Both the position numbers and the translations under genes were made by a program. From assembly GCA_030631525.1 (NCBI GenBank), contig DAOVKY010000001.1:1-36916 (forward strand): 36,916 bases of DNA, given 5' to 3'. Source of the stretch: a bacterium (GTDB lineage Bacteria; JAHJDO01). This document shows positions 15,401-23,345 of this stretch, piece after piece. Below the pieces are notes generated by a model. That model did not search any database. It was given only the letters and a program-made list of their open reading frames with translations, and had not been told where the DNA came from. The first letter of the stretch is position 1; each line of letters opens with the position of its first letter.

Positions 15401-16676
15401 GGACATGATAGATAAGAAATTCGGTTCAGGGATGCAGAAATCTATAAATATCAATATAAGCAATTATACAAGAGGCGGAATTGATAATACTCAAAGATTT
15501 GGAATGTTAGATAAAATTAGAGTAAATTTTACAAGAAGCGTATTAGCTGTAAAAGCCGCATTATTTGCGAAACAAATGGTTTCTTTTATAGCTTATGCAG
15601 ATGATGTTTCTACAACTGATTTTATTGCTGGAGTGTTAGACTTCACAGCTCATCCAATGAGAAGCACAGAGATATTGAACAAATCAGAGTTAATGAAAGC
15701 TAGGGGCATGAACTTAACAAGAGATATAAAAGATGCAATGAAAAGCGAGGAATGGTCTGCATTTAAGAAAAACCCTAATTTCCTTAACTCTCTAATGTTT
15801 ATGACAAAATTAGGTGATAGGGGAGCTATCTTATTAGGTGGCTGGTCAGTCTATAAATCCGCGCTCAAGCAAGGGAAAAGCAAATCAGAGGCTATGGCAC
15901 TATTTGAAGAAAAAACATCAGCTACTCAGCAATCAGCAGACTTATCTCAATTATCACAATGGCAGACAGCTAATTCATTTCAGAAAATGTTTACAATGTT
16001 CACATCTTCACAGAATCAATATTATCGTAAAGAATATATGGCTATTAGAAATTTAATTGCAGGCAAAGTAAGTCCGGTAAAAGCGGCCAAAACTATTTTG
16101 ATTTATCATTTTCTATTGCCAATGTTATTTCAGTTAGTATCTGATTTTGGAAAATGGGATAAAGAGGAGCAATTAAGAGCCGCTATATTAGGATCCGCAA
16201 ATGGTATTTTTATAGTTAATGATATATTGAATAATATTCTACGCACAATGATTGGTTTAAAAACATATGAATTTTCAGTTGCTCCCGCCACCATAATAAA
16301 AAAGATTACATACGCATTTAAAAAACTTACAACAGACGATTTATCTAGCGAGGATGTTATTGAAGCTATGAAGGATTTTGGCGAAGTTGGCGGCTATATA
16401 TCATCATTGCCAATTAAACAGGTAAATGATTGGCTGGAAGGAGTAAAAAACATACAGGAAGGCGAAACAGGCAGAGGCGCATTAAAATTATTAGGATGGT
16501 CTCCCTATGTAATTGAAAAACAATTAGGGAAGAAAAGAATAAAGTTGCCGGCAGCACTAGAGAAAAGAAGAGAAGCGTTAATAAAGAGACAAAAAATATC
16601 AACTCGCAAAGCATCTAAAACAAAACGAAAAGCGTTAGAGGCTAGACGGAAAGCATTTTTAAAGAGGAGAAAATGA
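12438..16676 (+). CDS. Large internal virion/ejection protein (1,412 aa)
   Basis: This is the largest gene after the nozzle, at the gp16-like position. It has Gly/Ala-rich hydrophobic segments (about aa 195-340), a long K/E coiled coil, and a polybasic C-terminal tail. No catalytic motif was recognised. Confidence 0.5.
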   Translation: MNNLNDLDFSKVDMSKLEDAPKSVMIDLSKLEKEPEKIEPRELPKWEALDFGDRVFNRIRSISPQVYDRNVRDARAIRNFMEETKETLTKMPDPELILEGIPKAVAKGSIYTLSTLGTQVEWFGEMLANPSLNELNPMTPAEKMMANMNKVAGDYVAEYGRTAAEYWAKKAEGIKFTPELLEALSGDLKDEFWLKSSVLVSQAIPSLAMSWGVGATTGSTIAAVAVLGGLEAAPEYKAARKAGKTVEEATLIGAAVWAGVSVLEYYPMNFILGGGTGKVMSSMFIAGLAGAGEEGLQGIWTNLVAKIGYDKTRELMEGFAENIIAGAGSQGLFGGFSASRMNRFTELKNEAGLTKSELGMLYEQITSLIIKKAPEIENKLKALQALVPALSIEEIKKLKLPETEKEIWQMTRTELKAYNEGKLKIAEKEGKDIFFQQNLYPTDERTLGRIHEESVMRAIEEGESIPKKVLAEYPKLKKKIITPAKKPAKVVKEVKEPVETFTQKLQKIEQEFKTVRARTKAEIKVIQTEIIKELETSKLEAKDKAKFIRAIKNVQTQQQLIKQLPIIQERVATLETKAQVRKIKSQIKRTVKATKPRKVAGKPKGRFTPEVQEVLDIFRNTVKLGQDAAIERLNANLAKEGIPSPINALENKLLSLMSGQALTPLELQDLLGNIAALKEGGAAIAKIEVVKKREQRKVEREESLKDIIGTKTPSISRIKKTGDKLKKTFKSLSHTVLGWDNLMNLLAIDNKLAPGESRIEKITKVSHLETAEKRTVRIAIEDVTKKAMDSFGFTTEKQLINKFREDSKIESLGIFKNARNEEVNFELSKSEARKLWMEMQDKTLRETFFTEKGNAYTATMMQAVYEFLGQEDRAFAMAQLDFYRAFYNQVNEVYSKGYGINLPFNEFYSPISREYKDITITDEFLKEMNFRRSVTTGSLKSRISNVRPIKPQSDIAVLQKHIIEMSHFIVWSDKISQLNNIFTDNKIKDMIDKKFGSGMQKSININISNYTRGGIDNTQRFGMLDKIRVNFTRSVLAVKAALFAKQMVSFIAYADDVSTTDFIAGVLDFTAHPMRSTEILNKSELMKARGMNLTRDIKDAMKSEEWSAFKKNPNFLNSLMFMTKLGDRGAILLGGWSVYKSALKQGKSKSEAMALFEEKTSATQQSADLSQLSQWQTANSFQKMFTMFTSSQNQYYRKEYMAIRNLIAGKVSPVKAAKTILIYHFLLPMLFQLVSDFGKWDKEEQLRAAILGSANGIFIVNDILNNILRTMIGLKTYEFSVAPATIIKKITYAFKKLTTDDLSSEDVIEAMKDFGEVGGYISSLPIKQVNDWLEGVKNIQEGETGRGALKLLGWSPYVIEKQLGKKRIKLPAALEKRREALIKRQKISTRKASKTKRKALEARRKAFLKRRK

Positions 16677-16677
16677 A

Positions 16678-16851
16678 TTATTTAGTTGTTAATTTATATA
16701 GATTCCAAACAAACCAAATAACTAAACCCATGAAAATATTTCCATGTAATAAGGCTTTAAAACCATATGTATCGTGAGGACATCCGATTATGAGCAGAAC
16801 AACAAATGAAAGGATTGTTAAAAAAAGATATAGAAATTTTGACTTACTCAT
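16678..16851 (-). CDS. Possible 57-aa membrane/lipoprotein-like ORF (not in the ORF track)
   Basis: MSKSKFLYLFLTILSFVVLLIIGC... has a lipobox-like IIGC plus a second hydrophobic helix. No clear SD, and it lies in a decayed region. Confidence 0.25.
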   Translation of the reverse strand: MSKSKFLYLFLTILSFVVLLIIGCPHDTYGFKALLHGNIFMGLVIWFVWNLYKLTTK

Positions 16852-16961
16852 GTTCAAAATATACCAAACTACGGAAAGTATGTCAATATGAAAATCAACA
16901 AGATGATTGAATTAGTATTAAAACGTGATATAATAATTGATATTGATAGGAGTTAATAAAA

Positions 16962-17200
16962 ATGTCTAGATGGGATAATCCAAATTGTGGATTTCAAAAA
17001 GGTAATAAGGTTAATTTAGGCAAAACACATGTTGTGAGGATTTGCGAAATGGTAAGGGCTTATGCCAAAAGCATTATAATGAACAACGGCAAATAAGTAA
17101 TGCCATATACAGCAAACAATATCGAGCAGATAATAAAGAATATCTAAATAAATATTATAAACAATGGAAAAAGACAGTGGATACCTGCAATGGGAGATGA
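16962..17200 (+). pseudogene. Decayed HNH endonuclease remnant (frameshifted, catalytic core missing)
   Basis: Frame A (16962-17096) reads MSRWDNPNCGFQKGNKVNLGK... Another frame (17015-17200) reads CEDLRNGKGLCQKHYNEQ...YRADNKEYLNKYYKQWKK. That matches the N-terminus of 21223-21819 (KGLCKKCYDKQYNEQ...YQKDNKEYLLGYRKKYWQ). No HNH motif follows. Confidence 0.6.
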
Positions 17201-17506
17201 GTGAAGAATTTCTCTGGTAACTATATTAACGTCCTAACATCTGACCAGAAGATTGCTTTAGACAGTGCTGTTGCTGATGATCATGTGCATACCTATGAAA
17301 AACACACAGTAACGGCAGGAGAGGAAGCATCGGGGATTATAACTGTGCCTACTTACGTAACGGGCGATGATTCGTTAAGGGTGTTTTTAAATGGTATGTT
17401 GCAATGCGTAACGGATGACTATGCAGAAACAGATACAACTACAATCACTTTTGTGGCTGACAGACTGACAGAAGGGGATGTTTTGATATTGAGAGGCATA
17501 ACATGA
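17201..17506 (+). CDS. Small tail-fibre-associated structural protein
   Basis: GTG start, and an ATGA overlap with the fibre gene. The pattern LRVFLNGMLQ...DY....TTITF......GDVLIL is common in fibre N-terminal domains. Confidence 0.45.
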   Translation: MKNFSGNYINVLTSDQKIALDSAVADDHVHTYEKHTVTAGEEASGIITVPTYVTGDDSLRVFLNGMLQCVTDDYAETDTTTITFVADRLTEGDVLILRGIT

Positions 17507-19290
17507 AAAAATACATATTTTTATTTATTGTATTATTTGCATTATCTTGCAATTTACAAGCTACGCAGATAGGAACAAAGCAAATAAAGGATCAAGCAAT
17601 AACTACGGCTAAGATAGATGATGAGGCGGTAAATGATACCAAATTAGAATCTGTACTCAAAGCTAAAATTCCAAGTGCTGACGAAAAAGATGCGATGTCA
17701 GGAGCAGCTTCTCCTTCTAGCGCGAATGTGTTTGCTACTATGGATGATGTAACTACTTTAAACACAGGAGTGCAGATTATTACGCCCGGAAAGAATATGG
17801 GCAATTCTGGCACAGCTGCAAATCCCATTCTCGACATGAATGTAAACGATAGCGCAACGTCAGACACGGAGCCATGGTCAGCTGCAAAGATAACATCAGA
17901 ATTAGCCGATAAATTAGATATAGCAGATTCAACACTATTTATATGGAAAGACGGCTTACAAGACTTCACGGCAAATCAATCTCTAGGCGGGTTTAAAATA
18001 ACTACATCAGATGAACCTTCAGCAGACAGCGATTTGGCAACAAAGTATTATGTAGACCAAAACGCAGGTGATATGCTCAAGTCAACCTACGACCCAAATG
18101 ATGACGGTAAAATAGCAGAAGCTCAACTAGACCTTGACATAGCCACAATACAATTATGGAAACAAAACTGTTTTAATGCTTTCAGAATAGGCGGTTATGT
18201 AAGAATGATAGATGGACTTGCTAATGACTTTTCTACAGAAAATGAGGGCATAGATACAACTAATAGTGATACATATTTATATAATGTAGCAGGGGATTAT
18301 TATTATCAGGATGAGGGCGGGGCGGGTACTCCTGCCACTTTAGTATATTGGTCTAAATTAGAAAGTGCGGCTGATATAACTTCTCCTCAAGTTGGAGTTG
18401 GCGGAACGATGGATGGGTCTCCAACATATGCTGCTTGTAAATTCAATAATGGAATATATTGTAATGTTGCTGGTGAAGCATACCATGTCCCGAACACAGC
18501 TTCATTTTTATCAGGGAATGAATGTACACTTGAATTCTGGATAAAAACTGATTTTAATGTTGTAAATGGTGTAGCTTCTGATGCTATTCATACCATAGCA
18601 TCTTTAAATCCAGCAGGAAATGCTTTAATGAATTTTGAGTTTTCAGCAAGTGGTATTGGAATTATTAGAAGAAATGATGCCGCAGGTTGGGTAAATTGCC
18701 ATGATACTACTACTGATTGGACTGCTGGAGATTTGGTTCATCTTGCTTTTGTTTGGGATATAGCCGCAGGATTTGACGGCACAAAGACGATGGCTGTTTA
18801 TGTTAATGGAGTAGAAACCGCCAATACATCAGGCGCTCTTGGCGCATTTACTGATGATGCCACAGACTTTTATGTTTGTGATGGTTCAGCTCTTACACTA
18901 GGTCTTGATGCAATAATGGATAATATTAAAATCTGGGATTATGCAAAGATAGATTTTAGTGATAAGGATACAGAGGGTTATGCAACTGGTGGTGGCAATA
19001 TGGAGCTTTACACTGACTATTTTCAGATAGGTATTACTCCAGTAACTGTGAAGGCTTTACTCTTTGCAAATAAAACTCCAAACTCTGTAAAATTGACACG
19101 CACAGGAACAGGAAGCAGTCTCACAACTGCGAGCTTGGCTGATACTGATATCGAGAGTTCGGGATTGTACGCATATTTATACACAGCAGATGTTTCGGGA
19201 GAGAGCAGTGATACCTGTATCCGTGCAGAAATCATTTCGGATGACACAGAATGCTATATATATGGACTGAGTTTGCTCGGTCTTGAATAA
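17503..19290 (+). CDS. Tail fibre / receptor-binding protein with a LamG (concanavalin-like lectin) domain
   Basis: Fibre-type repeats IKDQAITTAKIDDEAVNDTKLES. The LamG_3-like pattern is LEFWIKTDF...LVHLAFVWD...MAVYVNGVE...DNIKIWDYA (about nt 18340-18950). The N-terminus is hydrophobic. Confidence 0.65.
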   Translation: MKKYIFLFIVLFALSCNLQATQIGTKQIKDQAITTAKIDDEAVNDTKLESVLKAKIPSADEKDAMSGAASPSSANVFATMDDVTTLNTGVQIITPGKNMGNSGTAANPILDMNVNDSATSDTEPWSAAKITSELADKLDIADSTLFIWKDGLQDFTANQSLGGFKITTSDEPSADSDLATKYYVDQNAGDMLKSTYDPNDDGKIAEAQLDLDIATIQLWKQNCFNAFRIGGYVRMIDGLANDFSTENEGIDTTNSDTYLYNVAGDYYYQDEGGAGTPATLVYWSKLESAADITSPQVGVGGTMDGSPTYAACKFNNGIYCNVAGEAYHVPNTASFLSGNECTLEFWIKTDFNVVNGVASDAIHTIASLNPAGNALMNFEFSASGIGIIRRNDAAGWVNCHDTTTDWTAGDLVHLAFVWDIAAGFDGTKTMAVYVNGVETANTSGALGAFTDDATDFYVCDGSALTLGLDAIMDNIKIWDYAKIDFSDKDTEGYATGGGNMELYTDYFQIGITPVTVKALLFANKTPNSVKLTRTGTGSSLTTASLADTDIESSGLYAYLYTADVSGESSDTCIRAEIISDDTECYIYGLSLLGLE

Positions 19291-19304
19291 CAAAAAGGAG
19301 AAGT

Positions 19305-19616
19305 ATGAAAAAACTAATACTAATAGGACTAACAGGCTTGATGTTGACAAGCTGCGCTCCTGCAAGAATGCTTTACAGAGAAATGCCAAAGGAAACTGAT
19401 AAAAGCGCAATTATAAAGCAGGGTCCTCCTTTCAAAAAGAAACCTATTGTCGGCAAAGGTTATGAAATTATTGTCTATGGTAATATAACTACCAAAGTAA
19501 CTCTTAAAGACGGCACAATAGTCGAAATCAGCACAATTCAACCCAGTATGATTGAGAGAGTGATGGGCTGGCTTTATATCGCTAAACCCAATAACGTTGA
19601 TATAGGGGGTAAATAA
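19305..19616 (+). CDS. Lipoprotein (lipobox LTSC); possible o-spanin-like or exclusion protein
   Basis: AAGGAG RBS. MKKLILIGLTGLMLTSC has a canonical lipobox. Confidence 0.6.
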   Translation: MKKLILIGLTGLMLTSCAPARMLYREMPKETDKSAIIKQGPPFKKKPIVGKGYEIIVYGNITTKVTLKDGTIVEISTIQPSMIERVMGWLYIAKPNNVDIGGK

Positions 19617-19617
19617 C

Positions 19618-19797
19618 ATGGAGAAGTCAAGTCTTGGCTTGCCGTCCGGAAGCGTCCGGGCTATTCTGGCTCTTTTGCTTACTGGTGCAGTAATTTATTT
19701 ATGTATTATCGGCAAAATCCCAGCAGAAAGACTTTTAACTATATTCGGGATGGTAACTGCATTTTATTTTGGAGCAAAGAAATCAAATAACTTGTAA
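19618..19797 (+). CDS. 59-aa two-TM protein, holin-like (not in the ORF track)
   Basis: The ATG is 1 nt after the preceding stop. The sequence MEKSSLGLPSGSVRAILALLLTGAVIYLCIIGKIPAERLLTIFGMVTAFYFGAKKSNNL has two hydrophobic helices and a basic C-terminus. Confidence 0.5.
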   Translation: MEKSSLGLPSGSVRAILALLLTGAVIYLCIIGKIPAERLLTIFGMVTAFYFGAKKSNNL

Positions 19798-19820
19798 TTT
19801 TATAATAAAAATGGTATGCT

Positions 19821-20516
19821 ATGACTATGAAGAAATTAAATTTGCCTCATTGCAGGGATTGTGGAAAACCATTATCTCATCGTAAATATAGTTTATGTCG
19901 AAGTTGTAGTCTGTCAGGTAAAAAATCTCGTTTCTATATAGACGGAAGAACTCTCCAAAAACATTATTGCAAAGATTGTGGCAAGTTATTGGCTAAGAGT
20001 TCTTATAAATCCGTTTATTGCCAAAGATGCACGCAGTTAAGTAATAAAAATCACAATTATAAAAACGGGAAACCTTATTGTAAAGAATGCGGAAAGCCAT
20101 TAACTAATTATGGTTCTGTTTATTGCCAAAGTTGTAGACAATTAGGAGAAAAAAATTCTGCATGGCAAGGCGGCATAACTCCATTAAGTGTGGCTATTAG
20201 AGCTTTGTCAGAATATAAACAATGGCATGATAATATATTTGTCCGAGATAACTATACTTGCCAAGAATGCGGCATTCATAGTGGTTGTGGCAAAGCAATT
20301 TATCTTGAAGTTCATCACAGCGAAAAATCTTTTCTTGAATTACTTCAAGAATTCCTACAAGCCTACGACCAGTTCTCTCCCTATGAAGATCAGCATACAC
20401 TTTTGAGACTTGCAACAAAATGGTTGCCGTTCTGGGATGCAGAGGGTGAGACACTTTGTAAAGATTGTCATAACTTAACTAAACAAGGAAATCTTTCAAA
20501 GAAAGGAAATATATAA
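19821..20516 (+). CDS. HNH homing endonuclease (paralog family) with three N-terminal CxxC...C..C zinc ribbons
   Basis: WQGGITPL...RDNYTCQECG...EVHH...LLQEFLQAYDQFSPYEDQHTLLRLATKWLPFWDAEGETLCKDCH. TATAAT lies at 19801-19806. Confidence 0.85.
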   Translation: MTMKKLNLPHCRDCGKPLSHRKYSLCRSCSLSGKKSRFYIDGRTLQKHYCKDCGKLLAKSSYKSVYCQRCTQLSNKNHNYKNGKPYCKECGKPLTNYGSVYCQSCRQLGEKNSAWQGGITPLSVAIRALSEYKQWHDNIFVRDNYTCQECGIHSGCGKAIYLEVHHSEKSFLELLQEFLQAYDQFSPYEDQHTLLRLATKWLPFWDAEGETLCKDCHNLTKQGNLSKKGNI

Positions 20517-20518
20517 AA

Positions 20519-20752
20519 ATGGCAGGCAAAGTAACTATCGGAGTATTGGGGGAGAGACTTGATAATCTAAAAGAGGAACTTTTTGATAAAGAAAGAGGGA
20601 TACTTCCAAGATTGGAATTAAAGTTTGATAATCATTTAAAGCATCACGAGAAAAACGCAACAAAAAGAGGCGATAAGATTTTTAAGGTTTTTACAATAAT
20701 TTTACAAGCAGTCTTAAGTGTAGGAATAATTTATTTGTTGGCAATAAAATAA
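20519..20752 (+). CDS. Small C-terminally membrane-anchored protein
   Basis: 77 aa, with a helical N-terminus and the single C-terminal TM FKVFTIILQAVLSVGIIYLLAI. Confidence 0.5.
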   Translation: MAGKVTIGVLGERLDNLKEELFDKERGILPRLELKFDNHLKHHEKNATKRGDKIFKVFTIILQAVLSVGIIYLLAIK

Positions 20753-20761
20753 AAAAACCTA

Positions 20762-21160
20762 ATGTCTAAATTTACAAAACCACTCATTGTCTCTCCGCTT
20801 CCGGATGGCAAAATGTGGAAACTCATTGAACCATTCAGTTATTATGTTGGCAAGAAATGCGATGCCTTATATGGTATTACTATAGAAGTTCCTGCTGGCT
20901 TTTTAACTGATTTTGCAAGTATCCCGAGAATTTTCTGGTCTATTCTCGGGCATCCAATGGGGAGATATGCCGCTGCTGCTGTTTTACACGACTATCTTTA
21001 TTTCAAAGGGTTATATTCTCGCAAGCGGTGTGATCAGATATTTAAAGAGGCAATGGCCGTCTTGAACGTTCCCAAACTAAAAAGAAAATTAATCTATCGA
21101 TTTGTTAGATTGTTAGGGAAATGTGCTTGGAACTGGCATAGAAGGAATTCTGCGAAATAA
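20762..21160 (+). CDS. DUF1353-like protein
   Basis: The pattern VPAGFLTDFASIPRIFW...G.....AAVLHDYLY is characteristic of DUF1353, recalled from memory. It is the last gene of the plus-strand block. Confidence 0.5.
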   Translation: MSKFTKPLIVSPLPDGKMWKLIEPFSYYVGKKCDALYGITIEVPAGFLTDFASIPRIFWSILGHPMGRYAAAAVLHDYLYFKGLYSRKRCDQIFKEAMAVLNVPKLKRKLIYRFVRLLGKCAWNWHRRNSAK

Positions 21161-21222
21161 AAAGCTCCAAAAACCGCTCAAATTTCCAATGTCTCAGTTG
21201 GTCGCTTGTAATGGGCTTGACC

Positions 21223-21819
21223 TTAACGCTTGGTTTTGGTCTCTAAGGCAGGACTTGTTGATATAATGCTATTGCTGACTTTCTTATTAACCCATTCCTC
21301 TAATGTCATCGCACCTTTTCTTATATTGCAGTTCAGATGTGCTACTCCTAAATTTTCATAGAGATTTGTTCCACCTCTTGAAAGCGGAGTCAAATGCTCT
21401 AGCGAACTATCCGCAAACTCCACAGGTTTGAAGCACAGGACGCAGGTTAGTGTGCCATATTTCTTGATATTGTCCTCGTAGACTCGCTGAACAACTTCCT
21501 TTGTTAAGCCCTTTTCTAATGTTCTGCGATTATGTTTATGAGCTTTTGCAACTGCTTTTCCTGCGGGTGTCTGCCAATATTTTTTCCTATATCCCAAAAG
21601 ATATTCCTTATTGTCTTTCTGATATAGCTTTGCTCTTATAGCAGGGTGTTTTTTATTATCTTTAAGATATTGCTTTCTTTCTGTTTTATGCCCTTTGCAA
21701 TATTGTTCATTGTATTGCTTGTCATAGCATTTTTTACACAACCCTTTTGCAAAATGTTTGTTGTTGCAATTTTCTATACCACACAGTCTTAATGGTCTTT
21801 CATAGACTCCTGTAGGCAT
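21223..21819 (-). CDS. HNH endonuclease (second family)
   Basis: The N-terminus is C..NC......GLCKKCY. The HNH core is SLEHLTPLSRGGTNLYENLGVAHLNCNIRKG. Confidence 0.85.
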   Translation of the reverse strand: MPTGVYERPLRLCGIENCNNKHFAKGLCKKCYDKQYNEQYCKGHKTERKQYLKDNKKHPAIRAKLYQKDNKEYLLGYRKKYWQTPAGKAVAKAHKHNRRTLEKGLTKEVVQRVYEDNIKKYGTLTCVLCFKPVEFADSSLEHLTPLSRGGTNLYENLGVAHLNCNIRKGAMTLEEWVNKKVSNSIISTSPALETKTKR

Positions 21820-21840
21820 ATCTTCTCCAATATCCTCTCT

Positions 21841-22011
21841 TTATCGTCTATTGCGTCTATCGTAACACTCCTGACAAATATATCCCTGATTATCCGGCAA
21901 TCTGCGCAATGTCATATTTCCAAATTTTCTACATACTGCGCAGCCATGCTGTCCTCTCCGGCTGAGTTTATGTTTGCGCTCCCGGTCAGCCTGCAGTTCG
22001 CTCTTTTTCAT
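21841..22011 (-). CDS. 56-aa zinc-ribbon protein (not in the ORF track)
   Basis: AGGAGA lies just upstream of the ATG. MKKSELQADRERKHKLSRRGQHGCAVCRKFG...YICQECYDRRNRR has a CxxC...CxxC pair. Confidence 0.4.
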   Translation of the reverse strand: MKKSELQADRERKHKLSRRGQHGCAVCRKFGNMTLRRLPDNQGYICQECYDRRNRR

Positions 22012-22016
22012 TTCTC

Positions 22017-22205
22017 CTATCCATTTGGTTTTACTATGTGTATGTCAGGCTCTATTATTTTGGGGGGCTTGTAGTCATACACTATCCTGATGGCCTCTGT
22101 AAGCAGAAACAGACATAATCTTTTGTCTGCTATGGGGCCATATACCATAACTTTATTCGTCTCTTCTAAAGTAATTTCGAGGGTTGGTTTTATTCCTTTT
22201 GGCAT
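22017..22205 (-). CDS. Hypothetical protein (62 aa)
   Basis: The internal start M21 is preceded by AAGGAG with an 8-nt spacer. The longer track ORF has no RBS. Confidence 0.5.
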   Translation of the reverse strand: MPKGIKPTLEITLEETNKVMVYGPIADKRLCLFLLTEAIRIVYDYKPPKIIEPDIHIVKPNG

Positions 22206-22311
22206 ACTCAATACTCCTTTCAAAATTAGAGGGCAAGCACGCCACAACAAAGGATGACGGCACATAGCCTAATCTGTTCATAAGCGTAGCATGCATTTGC
22301 CCTCTGGTTAT

Positions 22312-22587
22312 TCATTTCTCCTTATTAGTAATAGTAAATTCCATTCCTTCTATATCCTGTTGTGTTTTAAATAATTCAAAGGCTATTAAAACCAACAGTT
22401 CTTTCTCTGTTAAATTATTTAATTCTTCTTGAAATTCTCCGTTCGTAGTTGCTTTCATAGTTCTAAATGTTTTCATATTTTCATCTCCTCTGTTATTTTT
22501 AACCGAATAGGGAATTATAAAACTACCTATTAGTAATAATATTGCTATCCCATAAACAATAATATTTAATGATATTATCTTCCGCAT
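22312..22587 (-). CDS. Hypothetical small membrane protein
   Basis: The N-terminal TM is IISLNIIVYGIAILLLIGSFII. An alternative start is M38, which has AGGAG upstream. Confidence 0.45.
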   Translation of the reverse strand: MRKIISLNIIVYGIAILLLIGSFIIPYSVKNNRGDENMKTFRTMKATTNGEFQEELNNLTEKELLVLIAFELFKTQQDIEGMEFTITNKEK

Positions 22588-22589
22588 TA

Positions 22590-23345
22590 TTACTTCTCTC
22601 CACTTGCTAAGTCCGTCAATATCTTCCCTATAATCGGTGTCTCATTTTTATGCTTTGCAGCTTCAATCTTCCCGGCTTCTCTCCAGACTGAGTCCAGATA
22701 ATATTCCCATGCCTGACCGGTCCCTTTTAGTTTCACGCACCTGTTAAGAACTCCCTCATATTGAGCCTGTGTCAAAACCTTTACAGCTTTTTCAATGGTA
22801 TTTTTGAGCGTGTGCGATACTTCTTTCGGTATCCTGTTTTTGTTCTTATGAGTTTTTTGGAAAAACAATTCATAATATTTGGCTGTTTTCTCCTGTGAGC
22901 TTTGCTTTGGTTCTTCTTTTTTCTTAGGCGGTGTGTCAGGTTCCGGCAATTTCCTTTGTTTCTCTCTAAATCTCTGTTGTCTCAAACTGTTTTGCTCTCT
23001 GATTCTTTCGAGTCCTTCAACGTTCTGATGCTTTTGCCAATTGGTTATTTTCATGATTCCATTATTATCACATCTGACCAGCCCAAATTTCTTTAAAACA
23101 TTCAAAGCTAATTGTATCGCATCTAGGGGACGGTTAAATAGAGAGGAGAGCATTTCGTCTGTGTAAGGGGTATCCTTATCAAAAAACACATAACCGTTTA
23201 TGTTTTTTCTGCCGGCTAAAGTTAATAGTTTTACCCAGATAATTAATATCTTATCCGCTTCTGGCATGGCTTCTATCAGTTTTATTTTCTCATCATCGAA
23301 CATTCCTGTCAGAATTTTTATCCATTTTACCTCAATAATTTCCAT
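22590..23345 (-). CDS. Phage replisome organizer (DnaD-like N-terminal domain)
   Basis: WIKILTGMFDDEKIKLIEAMPEADKILIIWVKLLTLAGRKNINGYVF matches the Phage_rep_org_N signature as I remember it. Confidence 0.65.
   Translation of the reverse strand: MEIIEVKWIKILTGMFDDEKIKLIEAMPEADKILIIWVKLLTLAGRKNINGYVFFDKDTPYTDEMLSSLFNRPLDAIQLALNVLKKFGLVRCDNNGIMKITNWQKHQNVEGLERIREQNSLRQQRFREKQRKLPEPDTPPKKKEEPKQSSQEKTAKYYELFFQKTHKNKNRIPKEVSHTLKNTIEKAVKVLTQAQYEGVLNRCVKLKGTGQAWEYYLDSVWREAGKIEAAKHKNETPIIGKILTDLASGEK

Noticed and set aside
15594-15605. YADD tetrapeptide (reverse-transcriptase motif C-like) in the 1,412-aa protein, and the idea of a BPP-1-style DGR
   Set aside because: There are no other RT motifs around it. 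No RT-sized ORF and no TR/VR repeat pair was found by eye near the fibre or lectin genes. A rigorous self-alignment for A-mismatched repeats was not possible here.
21161-21222. Expected bidirectional terminator between the convergent gene blocks
   Set aside because: No convincing GC-rich hairpin or U-tract is visible in the 62-nt gap.
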